A stretch of DNA of 64,000 nt from Patescibacteria group bacterium (GTDB lineage Bacteria; Patescibacteriota; Doudnabacteria; UBA920), in the NCBI GenBank assembly GCA_036726225.1, contig DAIMCS010000001.1, positions 333,856-397,855 on the forward strand. Direction: 5' to 3'. How positions within the stretch are numbered: the stretch's first letter is position 1; every line of letters begins with the position of its first letter. Shown here one piece after another: positions 55,401 to 63,945 of this stretch. The translations under genes and the position numbers were made by a program. A model generated the notes under the pieces. The model saw only the letters and a list, made by a program, of their open reading frames with translations, was not told the DNA's origin and searched no databases.

Positions 55401-55640
55401 ATGGTTGAAGTTAAGAAGAAAGACAACGAATCATTTGACAGTTTACTTAGAAGGTTTAACCGCAAAATTCAACAGAGCGGCGTGCTTATTCGTGCCCGCA
55501 AAACCAGATTTTTCGATCCTCCTAAATCCCGCAATTTGCAAAAAGTTGCAGCGCGCAGACGCCAACAAATTCGAACTGAAAAAGAGGAATTAAAAAAAAT
55601 GGGCAAACAGCTGCCGCCTAAGCGTTACGGGCGCCGCTAG
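55401..55640 (+). CDS. rpsU: 30S ribosomal protein S21 (bS21)
   Basis: Reads MVEVKKKDNESFDSLLRRFNRKIQQSGVLIRARKTRFFDPPKSR...RR. This is the S21 pattern (short basic protein, FD..LRRFKR, GVL). The ribosome-binding site AAAGGGGTGA lies upstream of ATG 55401. Confidence 0.65.
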   Translation: MVEVKKKDNESFDSLLRRFNRKIQQSGVLIRARKTRFFDPPKSRNLQKVAARRRQQIRTEKEELKKMGKQLPPKRYGRR

Positions 55641-55702
55641 CGCATAATTGGTAATTTATAGTTCATAAACGCTATTTGTTATCAATTAATTGTTATTTGT
55701 TT

Positions 55703-56185
55703 ATGATTTCCTTACAGCAGATTGAAACCGATTTAACCACTGCAATTAAAGCCCGCGACCAAATGGCTGCGGACGTTTTGCGCGGGCTTAAAACCCGCAT
55801 TCAAAACGAAAAAACGGCTGCTCGCAGGCGTCCTGACCCGGCACTTAATGCGGGGGAAGCGTCTTTGGGCGATTTGTCTGAGACGGAAATTGTTGCTCTC
55901 ATTCGCAGCGAAGTTAAAAAACGCAAAGAAGCGGCTACTTCTTACGAAAACGGCGGCCGAAAAGAGTTAGCGGAAAAAGAAAACCGGGAAGCTGAAATTT
56001 TACAAAAGTATTTACCGCAGCAAATGTCCGAAGAAGAATTATCGGCCTTGCTCGATAAGACAATTTTGGAAAATGGTTTTTCTGCCAAAGATTTTGGCCA
56101 GGCAATGGGCAAAATTAAATCTGCTGTCGGGGATAAAGCCGACGGCGCGACTTTGGCAAAACTTCTGAAAGAAAAATTAAAATAA
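55703..56185 (+). CDS. GatB/YqeY domain protein
   Basis: LQQIETDLTTAIKARDQMAADVLRGLKTRIQNE... is a YqeY-like helical domain. 160 aa. Confidence 0.65.
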   Translation: MISLQQIETDLTTAIKARDQMAADVLRGLKTRIQNEKTAARRRPDPALNAGEASLGDLSETEIVALIRSEVKKRKEAATSYENGGRKELAEKENREAEILQKYLPQQMSEEELSALLDKTILENGFSAKDFGQAMGKIKSAVGDKADGATLAKLLKEKLK

Positions 56186-56192
56186 AGAATAC

Positions 56193-56290
56193 ATCGAATC
56201 TGCGAATTAAGACGAATTAACGAATAACTACGAATGCAGCATTCGTAAATTCGCAGACCTTCGTAGATTCGTTCCATTCGTTGATTCGAT
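56193..56290 (+). promoter_or_regulatory. nested palindromes and tandem CGAAT/ATTCG units upstream of ftsA
   Basis: Inner palindrome TACGAATGCaGCATTCGTA (56229-56247). Outer palindrome CTGCGAATT...AATTCGCAG (56200-56256). Tandem cgaattaaga/cgaattaacg/aataactacg units. TACGAAT is also present twice at 55258-55272. Confidence 0.4.
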
Positions 56291-56296
56291 ATATTT

Positions 56297-57544
56297 ATGG
56301 CTAAAGAAAGTTATATTGTAGGGCTCGATGTCGGCACCTCCAGCGTTCGGGTGGTGCAGGCTAAGCTTCAGGCTCAAAGCAATGAGTTTAGCGTGATTGG
56401 CGCAAGCGAAGTTGCAAGCGTCGGCCTTAGGCGTGGGGTGATTGTTGACATTGAGGAGGCGGTGTCTTCTATTTCCAGCGCTTTGGAAAAACTCGAGCGT
56501 ATGACAGGCGTGCCGGTTTCTTCCGCCAATGTTTCTGTTTCGGGAAGCCATGTGTCATCTATTTCTTCTCACGGCGTAATTGCCGTATCCCGGGCTGACG
56601 GGGAAATTACGGAAAATGATATTGTCCGCTGTATAGATGCCAGCCAGGCCATTTCCATCCCGCAAAACAAAGAAGTTCTGCACGTCTTTCCCAAAACTTT
56701 TACGCTCGACGGCCAAACCGGCATTAAAGACCCGCTGGGTATGAGCGGCATCCGTTTGGAAGTGGATACCATAATTGTGCAGGCCGGCCTGCCGTTTGTA
56801 AAAAATCTTACCCGCGCCATTGCACAGGCGGGTTTGGAAATAGACGAGCTGGTTTTAGCGCCGGCTGCGGCAGGTGAAGCTGTATTAAGCAAGCGGCAAA
56901 AAGACTTGGGCGTGTGCGTTGTGGATTTGGGCGCCGGCACCACAGGCTTGGCCATTTATGAAGAAGGTGACCTTCTCCATACTTCGGTTTTGCCGGTGGG
57001 CCAAAGCCACATTACCAACGACATTGCCATTGGGCTTAGGTGCTCAATTGAAACCGCGGAAAAAATAAAACTGCAATTCGGCCACTGCGAGCCCAAGGCA
57101 GTGGAAAAAAACCAGGAAATAGATTTGTCTAAAATTGACAGCACCGAAGAAGAATCTACCACGCGCGGTTATGTGGTGGAAATTATAGAAGCGCGCCTGG
57201 AAGAAATTTTCAATCTCATAAACGGCGAACTAAAAAAAATCCAGCGTGACGGCAAACTGCCTTCCGGCATAGTGCTAACCGGCGGGGGAGCCAACCTTCC
57301 CGGGGTGGTGGATTTTTCCAAAAAACATTTGCGCCTGCCTTCTTCTTTGGGCCTTCCCCAAAATATGAGCGCCATTGTCGACCGTGTCCATGACCCAAGC
57401 TTTGCTACGGCTGTTGGCTTAACCCTTTGGGGCGGCAAATTCTCCGGCGGCAAAAGCGCGGGTTTTTCGGGCGCGTTAAAAAATATAATGTCCAACCAAA
57501 CCGTAGCCAAAGTGCGCAAGTGGTTTAAATCGTTCCTTCCTTAG
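56297..57544 (+). CDS. ftsA: cell division protein FtsA (actin-like ATPase)
   Basis: YIVGLDVGTSSVRVV, an actin-fold phosphate-binding loop context, and a C-terminal amphipathic tail. 415 aa. Confidence 0.75.
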   Translation: MAKESYIVGLDVGTSSVRVVQAKLQAQSNEFSVIGASEVASVGLRRGVIVDIEEAVSSISSALEKLERMTGVPVSSANVSVSGSHVSSISSHGVIAVSRADGEITENDIVRCIDASQAISIPQNKEVLHVFPKTFTLDGQTGIKDPLGMSGIRLEVDTIIVQAGLPFVKNLTRAIAQAGLEIDELVLAPAAAGEAVLSKRQKDLGVCVVDLGAGTTGLAIYEEGDLLHTSVLPVGQSHITNDIAIGLRCSIETAEKIKLQFGHCEPKAVEKNQEIDLSKIDSTEEESTTRGYVVEIIEARLEEIFNLINGELKKIQRDGKLPSGIVLTGGGANLPGVVDFSKKHLRLPSSLGLPQNMSAIVDRVHDPSFATAVGLTLWGGKFSGGKSAGFSGALKNIMSNQTVAKVRKWFKSFLP

Positions 57545-57650
57545 GCCTTAAAATTTTAAACTCCCTAAAACAGGGGGTTTTTATTGTGGCTTAAGCTTGG
57601 CACAAACTGCTGAATTTGGCGTTATTTATAGTAGTTATTATAGAGCAGCA

Positions 57651-57679
57651 TTGACAAAACAGTTGTTTTTTGATATAAT
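57651..57679 (+). promoter_or_regulatory. perfect consensus sigma70 promoter TTGACA-N17-TATAAT at the left edge of the G+C-richer island
   Basis: TTGACA at 57651-57656, spacer aaacagttgttttttga (17 nt), TATAAT at 57674-57679. Confidence 0.6.
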
Positions 57680-57805
57680 AGTAAGTTATTGTAGGCATTT
57701 TGTAGCCTTTAAAGTTAGAGGTTATGGATGTGCCCAGCAATACCGCTGGCACTTTTAAACAGCGGTAATTGGGCCGCAATTTTTGAAATTTCAAAGGAGA
57801 GGACA

Positions 57806-59398
57806 ATGAAGAAAGTTCGTGAGTTTTTTGCAGTGGTGCTTTGTATGACCTTGTTTGTTTCCACAACCCAGCCGCTGATGGCGCAACAGGCGCCGCAGGC
57901 ACAACAGAATCCGTTGGTCACAGAACAAAGGATGACTAACGGACAGGTGACCACGGTTTGGCAGCTCATCATCCCGGCACAGCCTGAAGACAGGGATGTC
58001 TTGCAACTAAATCGTCTGGTATACGGTTTTAGTTTGATCCAGAGCGGCGGCAAGGTCACGGAGTTTATAAAGGAGTACCAGGCGCGAGTCGTTCCGCCAA
58101 ACGCCTACATGGAAGCCGCCAGTTTGGTGATCCAGTACGCGGGCAACCGTGTGCTCACCGACCCGGTGGACACCATCGGCTTTGGACCGAACGACGTTCA
58201 GATTATCAGGACTGCGGATGAAATTCGCAGGTACTATGATTTGAACCCCGGCAGCTTTAGCCCCGTACTTTGGCAGCGCGACCCCATTGGCGACTGCGTG
58301 ATTGTTCAGCGAAGGGATTTGCTGAAAAACGCCGACGCCATTGAGGCCCGGATCCAAAAAATTTTTGCCAGCGAGCCGAACAAGGCTCAGGCATGGATTC
58401 GGGCTTTCCGGTCTTGTGCCAACCAGAACGGCGACAGCCCTACATGTAGGGACGTTCGCGTGGCCGACTTCCCATTCCTACAACGCAATCACGGCAGGAA
58501 TAGCGTTGGAGAGAATGAGCGGTACGATCCAAGAACAACCAACCGTCCGGATGCCCACATGACAATTTATTGGGTGCCGGAATTAAACACCTGGAAGGGT
58601 AATGGCTGGGAATGTTGCGGTAACCCCTTGGAGTTTTTTGTCTCCTTGAGGCTTACTGCCAACGTTATCACCAAGCTCGTCCAGACCCCGCAGTTCGACT
58701 GCATGGTCATGCTGGATAAGAACGTGTTGTCCAGCAGGGCGGATGTTGCGACTGCCCGACTGACCCTTACCCCGCCTCAGAATCCGGACGACGTTTTGGT
58801 AGACTGGTTTTTAAACGGTCTGCCCTTAGGTCGAAACCAGATGATGGTTGATGTTTCCGGGGCTGCGGTCACCCAGCTTGATACCGATCAAACAGTATTG
58901 GCTGTGGTGGCTGTCGGCGACAAGGAAGTGCGCTGTTCAGGCCCTATCCGTCTACATCTTGATGTTCAGCTAGTACCCATCACGTATCGTTGCACCATTA
59001 CGCTGGACAAGCGCAAGCTTGTCGACCGCGATGATGTGGCAAACGCCCGGCTCACCATTACCCCCACGCCCAAAGAAACACCCCGGGTCGATTGGCATCT
59101 TAGAAAGATGCCAATAGGCAAGGATACCATGACTGTCCAAATCAAGGGCAGACAGTTGGGCGCGCCGGACACTGACCACGACGTGCTGGCATCGGCCACG
59201 GTGGAAGGGAGAGTCGTCGAGTGTCTGGAGACCGTCTCTTTCACCCAACCTCCCGGCGGTAATGGCAAGAAGATAGGTATAGCAGCCGGTATTGGAGCTG
59301 CTATCGTGGCGGCCGTCTTTGCAACAAGGGGCAAGGACTCTCGGCCGGTTCCTACCGGTAACCCGATCAAGACGGATCCGGAGGTTATCCGACGTTAA
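57806..59398 (+). CDS. secreted Cys-rich protein of unknown function with two ~90-aa internal repeats and a C-terminal transmembrane anchor (start at MKKVREFF)
   Basis: Signal peptide MKKVREFFAVVLCMTLFVSTTQPLMAQQ. The repeats are CMVMLDKNVLSSRADVATARLTLTPPQNP...VDWFLNGLPLGRNQMMVDV and CTITLDKRKLVDRDDVANARLTITPTPKE...VDWHLRKMPIGKDTMTV. C-terminal IGIAAGIGAAIVAAVFA. Confidence 0.55.
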   Translation: MKKVREFFAVVLCMTLFVSTTQPLMAQQAPQAQQNPLVTEQRMTNGQVTTVWQLIIPAQPEDRDVLQLNRLVYGFSLIQSGGKVTEFIKEYQARVVPPNAYMEAASLVIQYAGNRVLTDPVDTIGFGPNDVQIIRTADEIRRYYDLNPGSFSPVLWQRDPIGDCVIVQRRDLLKNADAIEARIQKIFASEPNKAQAWIRAFRSCANQNGDSPTCRDVRVADFPFLQRNHGRNSVGENERYDPRTTNRPDAHMTIYWVPELNTWKGNGWECCGNPLEFFVSLRLTANVITKLVQTPQFDCMVMLDKNVLSSRADVATARLTLTPPQNPDDVLVDWFLNGLPLGRNQMMVDVSGAAVTQLDTDQTVLAVVAVGDKEVRCSGPIRLHLDVQLVPITYRCTITLDKRKLVDRDDVANARLTITPTPKETPRVDWHLRKMPIGKDTMTVQIKGRQLGAPDTDHDVLASATVEGRVVECLETVSFTQPPGGNGKKIGIAAGIGAAIVAAVFATRGKDSRPVPTGNPIKTDPEVIRR

Positions 59399-59440
59399 CC
59401 ACGAACTCTTGACTGATAGCAAGAAAATCTACTATCGGAA

Positions 59441-59471
59441 GGCTCGAAACTCTATGTTTCGGGCCTTTTTT
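59441..59471 (+). terminator. intrinsic terminator
   Basis: GGCTCGAAACtctatgGTTTCGGGCCtttttt. Confidence 0.55.
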
Positions 59472-59590
59472 ATTTGCCTAATTTATGAGGGAAATGTGGA
59501 AATTCTCGCTTGGTAACCTTTACTTTGAGGTTTTCGATATATATAATAATGTGACCAAAATTGCACTTTCCAACCCAATAGGAGGACCAA

Positions 59591-60778
59591 ATGTCAGCAA
59601 GAATGACGTTATTCGGATTGATGTTTTTGTCGATTTTCAGCTTAGCCGTTCCGGCTTACGCGACTGACAATACGGAATTTTCCTTGCCTAAGGGCTGGAA
59701 TCCTAGTTGGGTTGCCCGACTCGTTACAGGTGAAAAGGCGAACTTCGCCAAGTTTACCTTTTTCCATCCCAATGGCAGACAAATAATTCTGTTCGACAAA
59801 GCAGGCAAGCTGACCGATAAGCAATACCGTTTACCTGTCAACACCAAGATAGTTATTCCGGAAAATCTTGTTATGACAAAGCAAGTTGCCGCAAGCGGAA
59901 AGACGCTTGCGCAGCTGTGCAGCCAGTACCGTGTTAGCACGTCGGATTGTTTGGAGGTTCGCACCGCGAACCGCCTTGCCAATCTGAATGCAAAAATAGC
60001 AGGCGACGTCAGAATTCCCGTGTGGTTTTCTGTTGTAGATGTTGCCGCACTGCCGGTTCCCCCGGGTTTCCAAACCTTAGGGGGCGTTGCTGTCGACTCG
60101 TCTAAAGTTCGTCCGGCTTTTCCCGTTGCGGAGTTGCCGCCGTCGAATTGGTCAGATGACCCGAGTTTGCTTATTGCAACAACTGCGGTTGTTCTGCTCT
60201 TAGCAGCGGTGTTGTTATTCATAATATTTCGTCCTGCTTTTGCTTTGCCTTATCTTAAACTACCGACATGGCTTAATATCTCCTGGCCTTTCCAAGCATG
60301 GCCTAACATATCATATTCTAAATACATACCCAGCCTGGCCTGGCCTAACATACAGTTACCCGGCTTTAAAAAGACAGTTAGCTTTTTTATGCCGGACAGA
60401 AACCGCCCATATAACATAGCAACATACTTTCGCCGAATGAGCAGGGACGATCTGGACGCATGCGTACTGTTTAAACAGGCTTTTGTGGACTATCTGGCGA
60501 GCGCAAATACTTACAGAGTACGCGAGCTGGACTTAACCGGATCCCAGGTTTTCCGTAACGGAACAGTTTGTTTGACCGTATACGGAAAAGGAAACAACAA
60601 CTTCCCCAACCTTAGGGACCACGCCCAAAACGTTGACCAGGCTGTCAAAAGTTTTATGAACGAACCAGAAGCGAAAAGTTTTTTGTTAGTGGACGCGCAG
60701 GCAGTTCACTCCGAAAAACTGGACAAAGATGGTGTGAAATTCGAATTTTGGCTTAGACCCAACTTAAAAAAGGAGTAA
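59591..60778 (+). CDS. signal-peptide protein with a LysM-like domain, a single transmembrane helix and a cytoplasmic domain with AWPNI repeats; unknown function
   Basis: Signal peptide MSARMTLFGLMFLSIFSLAVPAYA. LysM-like ...QVAASGKTLAQLCSQYRVSTSDCLEVRTANRLANLNAKIAGDVRIPV. Transmembrane helix LLIATTAVVLLLAAVLLFIIF. Repeats WPFQAWPNISYSKYIPSLAWPNIQLPGF. Strong ribosome-binding site AGGAGG. Confidence 0.5.
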   Translation: MSARMTLFGLMFLSIFSLAVPAYATDNTEFSLPKGWNPSWVARLVTGEKANFAKFTFFHPNGRQIILFDKAGKLTDKQYRLPVNTKIVIPENLVMTKQVAASGKTLAQLCSQYRVSTSDCLEVRTANRLANLNAKIAGDVRIPVWFSVVDVAALPVPPGFQTLGGVAVDSSKVRPAFPVAELPPSNWSDDPSLLIATTAVVLLLAAVLLFIIFRPAFALPYLKLPTWLNISWPFQAWPNISYSKYIPSLAWPNIQLPGFKKTVSFFMPDRNRPYNIATYFRRMSRDDLDACVLFKQAFVDYLASANTYRVRELDLTGSQVFRNGTVCLTVYGKGNNNFPNLRDHAQNVDQAVKSFMNEPEAKSFLLVDAQAVHSEKLDKDGVKFEFWLRPNLKKE

Positions 60779-60782
60779 ACAG

Positions 60783-62525
60783 ATGTATCTCATCGTACCC
60801 GGTACAGGTGATGGCGGCGGCAATATGACACTGCACCACGCCTGGGGATTGCATGGATGGCTTCAATTTTTAGAGCGGTGCGGCAGACGAAACCTCGCAG
60901 GTTTTGTGCGGGAAGAGACCAAATTCTTCTTCATCAATTCGGTGAAGGAGACTTTGAAGAACGTCGTCAAACGTATGCCTCCCGGCCTTCAGGTAGGCAC
61001 ACTGCTTTTGGAAGGCTTGAAAGACGGCACCGGACAAGAACCGGAAGTAGCCAGAGACGCCGCCGAAAAGACAATAAAATCGGGAAAAGTGGCGGAGCTG
61101 CTTTTGGAAGGGAAACCCGTTGTTTGCGTGCACAACCAGGCCTTTGGTCAAGGGGGGACGGGCTTGGGAGCCGGACCGCTTTTGACCCGGTACTTTCGGG
61201 ATGAGTTAGGCCTGATGACCATACCCAACATAACCACTTCCTCGGTTATGACCCACCAGGTAAATTTTACGCAAAGCAAATACATTAACGGGGTTATGGA
61301 TGAACACGCAGAGGCTGGCATCTCCGTCGCCCATTTCAGTACGGATTCGATTTTTGAAAGGGACGACGTTACGCCGGAGGAAGCGTTTGCGGAAATGGAC
61401 AGGCTGCAGGCAGCAATGTTTGGCCCGACTGTCAGGTGGCTGTCGCATCCCAGCCGCGTTGATTATATGGACTTGATGAGGAAAATTTACTTCAACCCCA
61501 AAGGCTCCAAGGCCAGATCATGGCTCATCTCCTGTGTGCCGGCCTGGGGTAATTCGTCCGTCCAAATTGTCAACCAGCTGTTAAACAACCGGTACTGCGT
61601 TTTCGAACTCGCAGAAGCCGGCGGCGGTGTGCTGATTGTTGAGGGGAAACTCTCCGCAAAGGCATATGCCGGAATCCTCTCTGAATTGACTGCCCGTATA
61701 AACTCCGTTTACGGAGGCAAAGACGGCAACCCCAACTTTACCATAAAAGATGTTTGGCTTCCCGGAAGCGAAACCGAACCAAATATCGGTTTGTGGTTGG
61801 GGACTTTCAATGGCAGCATTCCGATTAAGCAGGTGCCGCGTTTAGACCTGGCAGACAGAATGGGTGCAATTGAAATCGTGGAAGACGGAGATAAGGCATC
61901 TCAACCTCAAGCAGAAGCTCCGGCGTCAGTTGCGGTTGCCCTCACCGCTGTCGACGTGGCAGAACAACCCCCCGCCCCGCCCCCACCGCCAGACCCCGAG
62001 ATGCTGGAATTTAAAGACAAGTTCTTTTCGGAAGCCACCAGGCCCGAAGAGATCACCTTTGCAGCTCTCGTGAGAAAGGCGGAATCCAACGGCGAGACTA
62101 CCAAGCAACTGCTTCAGCACCAAGAGGCCTCCACGGTCTTGTCGTTGATGCAGGCGGTCCGTACGTTTCTGGAACCGACTGACAAAGGCTACAGCCCGTC
62201 TTGGAAAGAGCTTGCGTCGGTGTTCAAGATTCTAGGTAGGCTTCAGCGCAGCGGCGGGGTGCATACCTCCTGGAAAGATGCTTTGCTCCAGGCCATCCGG
62301 AATGACCTGGGCTGCTTTAAAGGGCCCAAAGAAGTCGCCAACAACGGCGCTTCGGCGAGCTACAAAATTGGCGATTCTACTCCCATTGGGCTTATCAGAA
62401 CTTATGCGGCCAAAAGTGGCGACAGCTTCGACATAGCCAGGTTCTACGAGGGGTGTTATGACTTTTTGGGACCGGAGGTCTACAAAAATCTCTGGATCAC
62501 AAGTTCGGAACCTGTCGTAGCCTAA
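60783..62525 (+). CDS. 580-aa cytoplasmic-type protein of unknown function: N-terminal ~360-aa domain, PPAPPPPPDPE linker, C-terminal ~170-aa domain
   Basis: No signal peptide and no recognised motif. It starts 4 nt after the previous stop codon, which suggests an operon. Confidence 0.5.
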   Translation: MYLIVPGTGDGGGNMTLHHAWGLHGWLQFLERCGRRNLAGFVREETKFFFINSVKETLKNVVKRMPPGLQVGTLLLEGLKDGTGQEPEVARDAAEKTIKSGKVAELLLEGKPVVCVHNQAFGQGGTGLGAGPLLTRYFRDELGLMTIPNITTSSVMTHQVNFTQSKYINGVMDEHAEAGISVAHFSTDSIFERDDVTPEEAFAEMDRLQAAMFGPTVRWLSHPSRVDYMDLMRKIYFNPKGSKARSWLISCVPAWGNSSVQIVNQLLNNRYCVFELAEAGGGVLIVEGKLSAKAYAGILSELTARINSVYGGKDGNPNFTIKDVWLPGSETEPNIGLWLGTFNGSIPIKQVPRLDLADRMGAIEIVEDGDKASQPQAEAPASVAVALTAVDVAEQPPAPPPPPDPEMLEFKDKFFSEATRPEEITFAALVRKAESNGETTKQLLQHQEASTVLSLMQAVRTFLEPTDKGYSPSWKELASVFKILGRLQRSGGVHTSWKDALLQAIRNDLGCFKGPKEVANNGASASYKIGDSTPIGLIRTYAAKSGDSFDIARFYEGCYDFLGPEVYKNLWITSSEPVVA

Positions 62526-62551
62526 AAGCCTATTCTTGCGTTTTGCATAAT

Positions 62552-62603
62552 CCCCCAAACTTTTTTTGCGCATTCTGCGTTTAGAAGTTTGGGGGATTGT
62601 TTT
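62552..62603 (+). terminator. intrinsic terminator with an 11-bp perfect stem
   Basis: CCCCCAAACTTtttttgcgcattctgcgtttagAAGTTTGGGGGattgtttt. Confidence 0.6.
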
Positions 62604-62754
62604 ATATCCCATTGACTAAAGTTAAAATTTTTGGTATAAATTAAGGCTATCTATAACTTATTATTTTGTTTTGGTTTTGTAAGTTAATTAAGGAAAATTA
62701 ACGTACGGGACCAGGCCAAAATGTGGTCTAGAACAAAATTCAACGGAGGCAGTT

Positions 62755-63528
62755 ATGAAAAAGATGATGATTCAGGTTTTGGTGATTTTTGCATTAGTGC
62801 TGTTTTTTGCAAACTTCGGTCTTGCTGCCGGGTGCGACATTCGTGTTCTGCCCAGCGCTAACGGTCCGATGCAGGCTTTGGTTGACGCAGGAATGAGCGT
62901 TAACCTGCTGTACGCTTTAAGGCATTCGGACGGTCGGGCAATTGATCCCAGTGAGCACAAAAAACTTTATGACCCTTACTTTTGTCTGGCAGAAGGCGCA
63001 AAGCCGGACAGTAAAAAAACTTCGGCTCTGCTGAAGTCGGCAGATGGAATTAGCCAGACGGCTGTGCAATCTGCGGCAGCCTGTTCTGCTACCGGCTGTG
63101 AAGAAAAACTTGCGGCGGTAAAAGCCGAGGTTAGCTCTTTGCAGAACCGGCTCAACGGCAAGTCGGACGAACTTGCGGCCGCAGACCGCTTAATAAAAGA
63201 GCTGAAGGGAGACGGGAGCAAAACCAAGCTTAAAACAGATGTTTCGGAAACGGACGATCCGGTTACGCTCGATGCGCTTCGGTACGAGCTTAAAAAAGTT
63301 CGAGAACAGCGAGACCAAAGAATCTCCAGATGGGGGTTACTTTGGGTTCTGCCCGCATTTATTGTCGGCGGGGGGTTAGGCCTTTTTAGAAATCGTAAAG
63401 CATTAAAAGATTCGCAAAATGAGCAGGGTTTTTTACGCAGGGAAAACCGCAAGCTAAAATCACAAGTCAGCGAATATGAACTGCTGCTCGTTGGTAGGGA
63501 TGATAAATCCCACCGCACCCGCTTTTGA
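62755..63528 (+). CDS. secreted/anchored coiled-coil protein of unknown function
   Basis: Signal peptide MKKMMIQVLVIFALVLFFANFGLAAG. A Cys-containing N-terminal domain, then a coiled coil (LAAVKAEVSSLQNRLNGKSDELAAADRLIKELK), a transmembrane helix LLWVLPAFIVGGGLGLF and a basic tail. Confidence 0.5.
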   Translation: MKKMMIQVLVIFALVLFFANFGLAAGCDIRVLPSANGPMQALVDAGMSVNLLYALRHSDGRAIDPSEHKKLYDPYFCLAEGAKPDSKKTSALLKSADGISQTAVQSAAACSATGCEEKLAAVKAEVSSLQNRLNGKSDELAAADRLIKELKGDGSKTKLKTDVSETDDPVTLDALRYELKKVREQRDQRISRWGLLWVLPAFIVGGGLGLFRNRKALKDSQNEQGFLRRENRKLKSQVSEYELLLVGRDDKSHRTRF

Positions 63529-63633
63529 GCGAATCTGTAAACCAAATGCAGGGGGAAGCATTTGGTTGGCCAATAAGCACTAATACAATATATACTTCTT
63601 GCCTTGCTTGGTACATCATCTAATTGCATATAA

Positions 63634-63671
63634 CTGACCTAGAGACAGGGCGTCTACTAGGTCAGTTTTTT
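63634..63671 (+). terminator. intrinsic terminator closing the island
   Basis: CTGACCTAGagacagggcgtctaCTAGGTCAGtttttt (9-bp stem, T6). Confidence 0.7.
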
Positions 63672-63699
63672 GTATGAAAAAATTTACTCTTTATGCCTA

Positions 63700-63728
63700 T
63701 TGACAAAAACTCTAAAATCTGCTATAAT
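63700..63728 (+). promoter_or_regulatory. perfect consensus sigma70 promoter TTGACA-N17-TATAAT
   Basis: TTGACA at 63700-63705, spacer aaaactctaaaatctgc (17 nt), TATAAT at 63723-63728. Confidence 0.6.
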
Positions 63729-63734
63729 CGAAAG

Positions 63735-63945
63735 TCCTAATTTAATACTATAAAATTGATTGCTTGTGGTGAGCAAAAACCCTGTAAATTCCTGTCCAAG
63801 GTCCCATTTTTGGAGCTTTAGACAGGCACCACAATTTACAGGGTTTTATGTTCACCGGAAGAAATTCTTGGTGGATATCCCGCGTGTGGTGCGCGGGATT
63901 ATGGAAAATTTAGATCTTTGACATCCCAAAAGGAGGGTAAGTCAA
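63735..63945 (+). ncRNA. structured ~210-nt 5' leader (candidate cis-regulatory RNA) between the consensus promoter and the next CDS
   Basis: A 14-bp long-range stem AAACCCTGTAAATT...AATTTACAGGGTTT encloses a CCTGTC/GACAGG helix. A second hairpin ATCCCGCGtgtggtgCGCGGGAT follows. GGTGG...CCGCG is reminiscent of, but does not match, the T-box motif. The Shine-Dalgarno AAGGAGGG is at 63930-63937. Confidence 0.35.

Noticed and set aside
63735-63945. T-box riboswitch call for the terminal leader
   Set aside because: There is only partial resemblance (GGUGG...CCGCG). There is no canonical specifier loop, terminator or antiterminator, and no U-run after the GC hairpin. It is kept as a generic structured leader.
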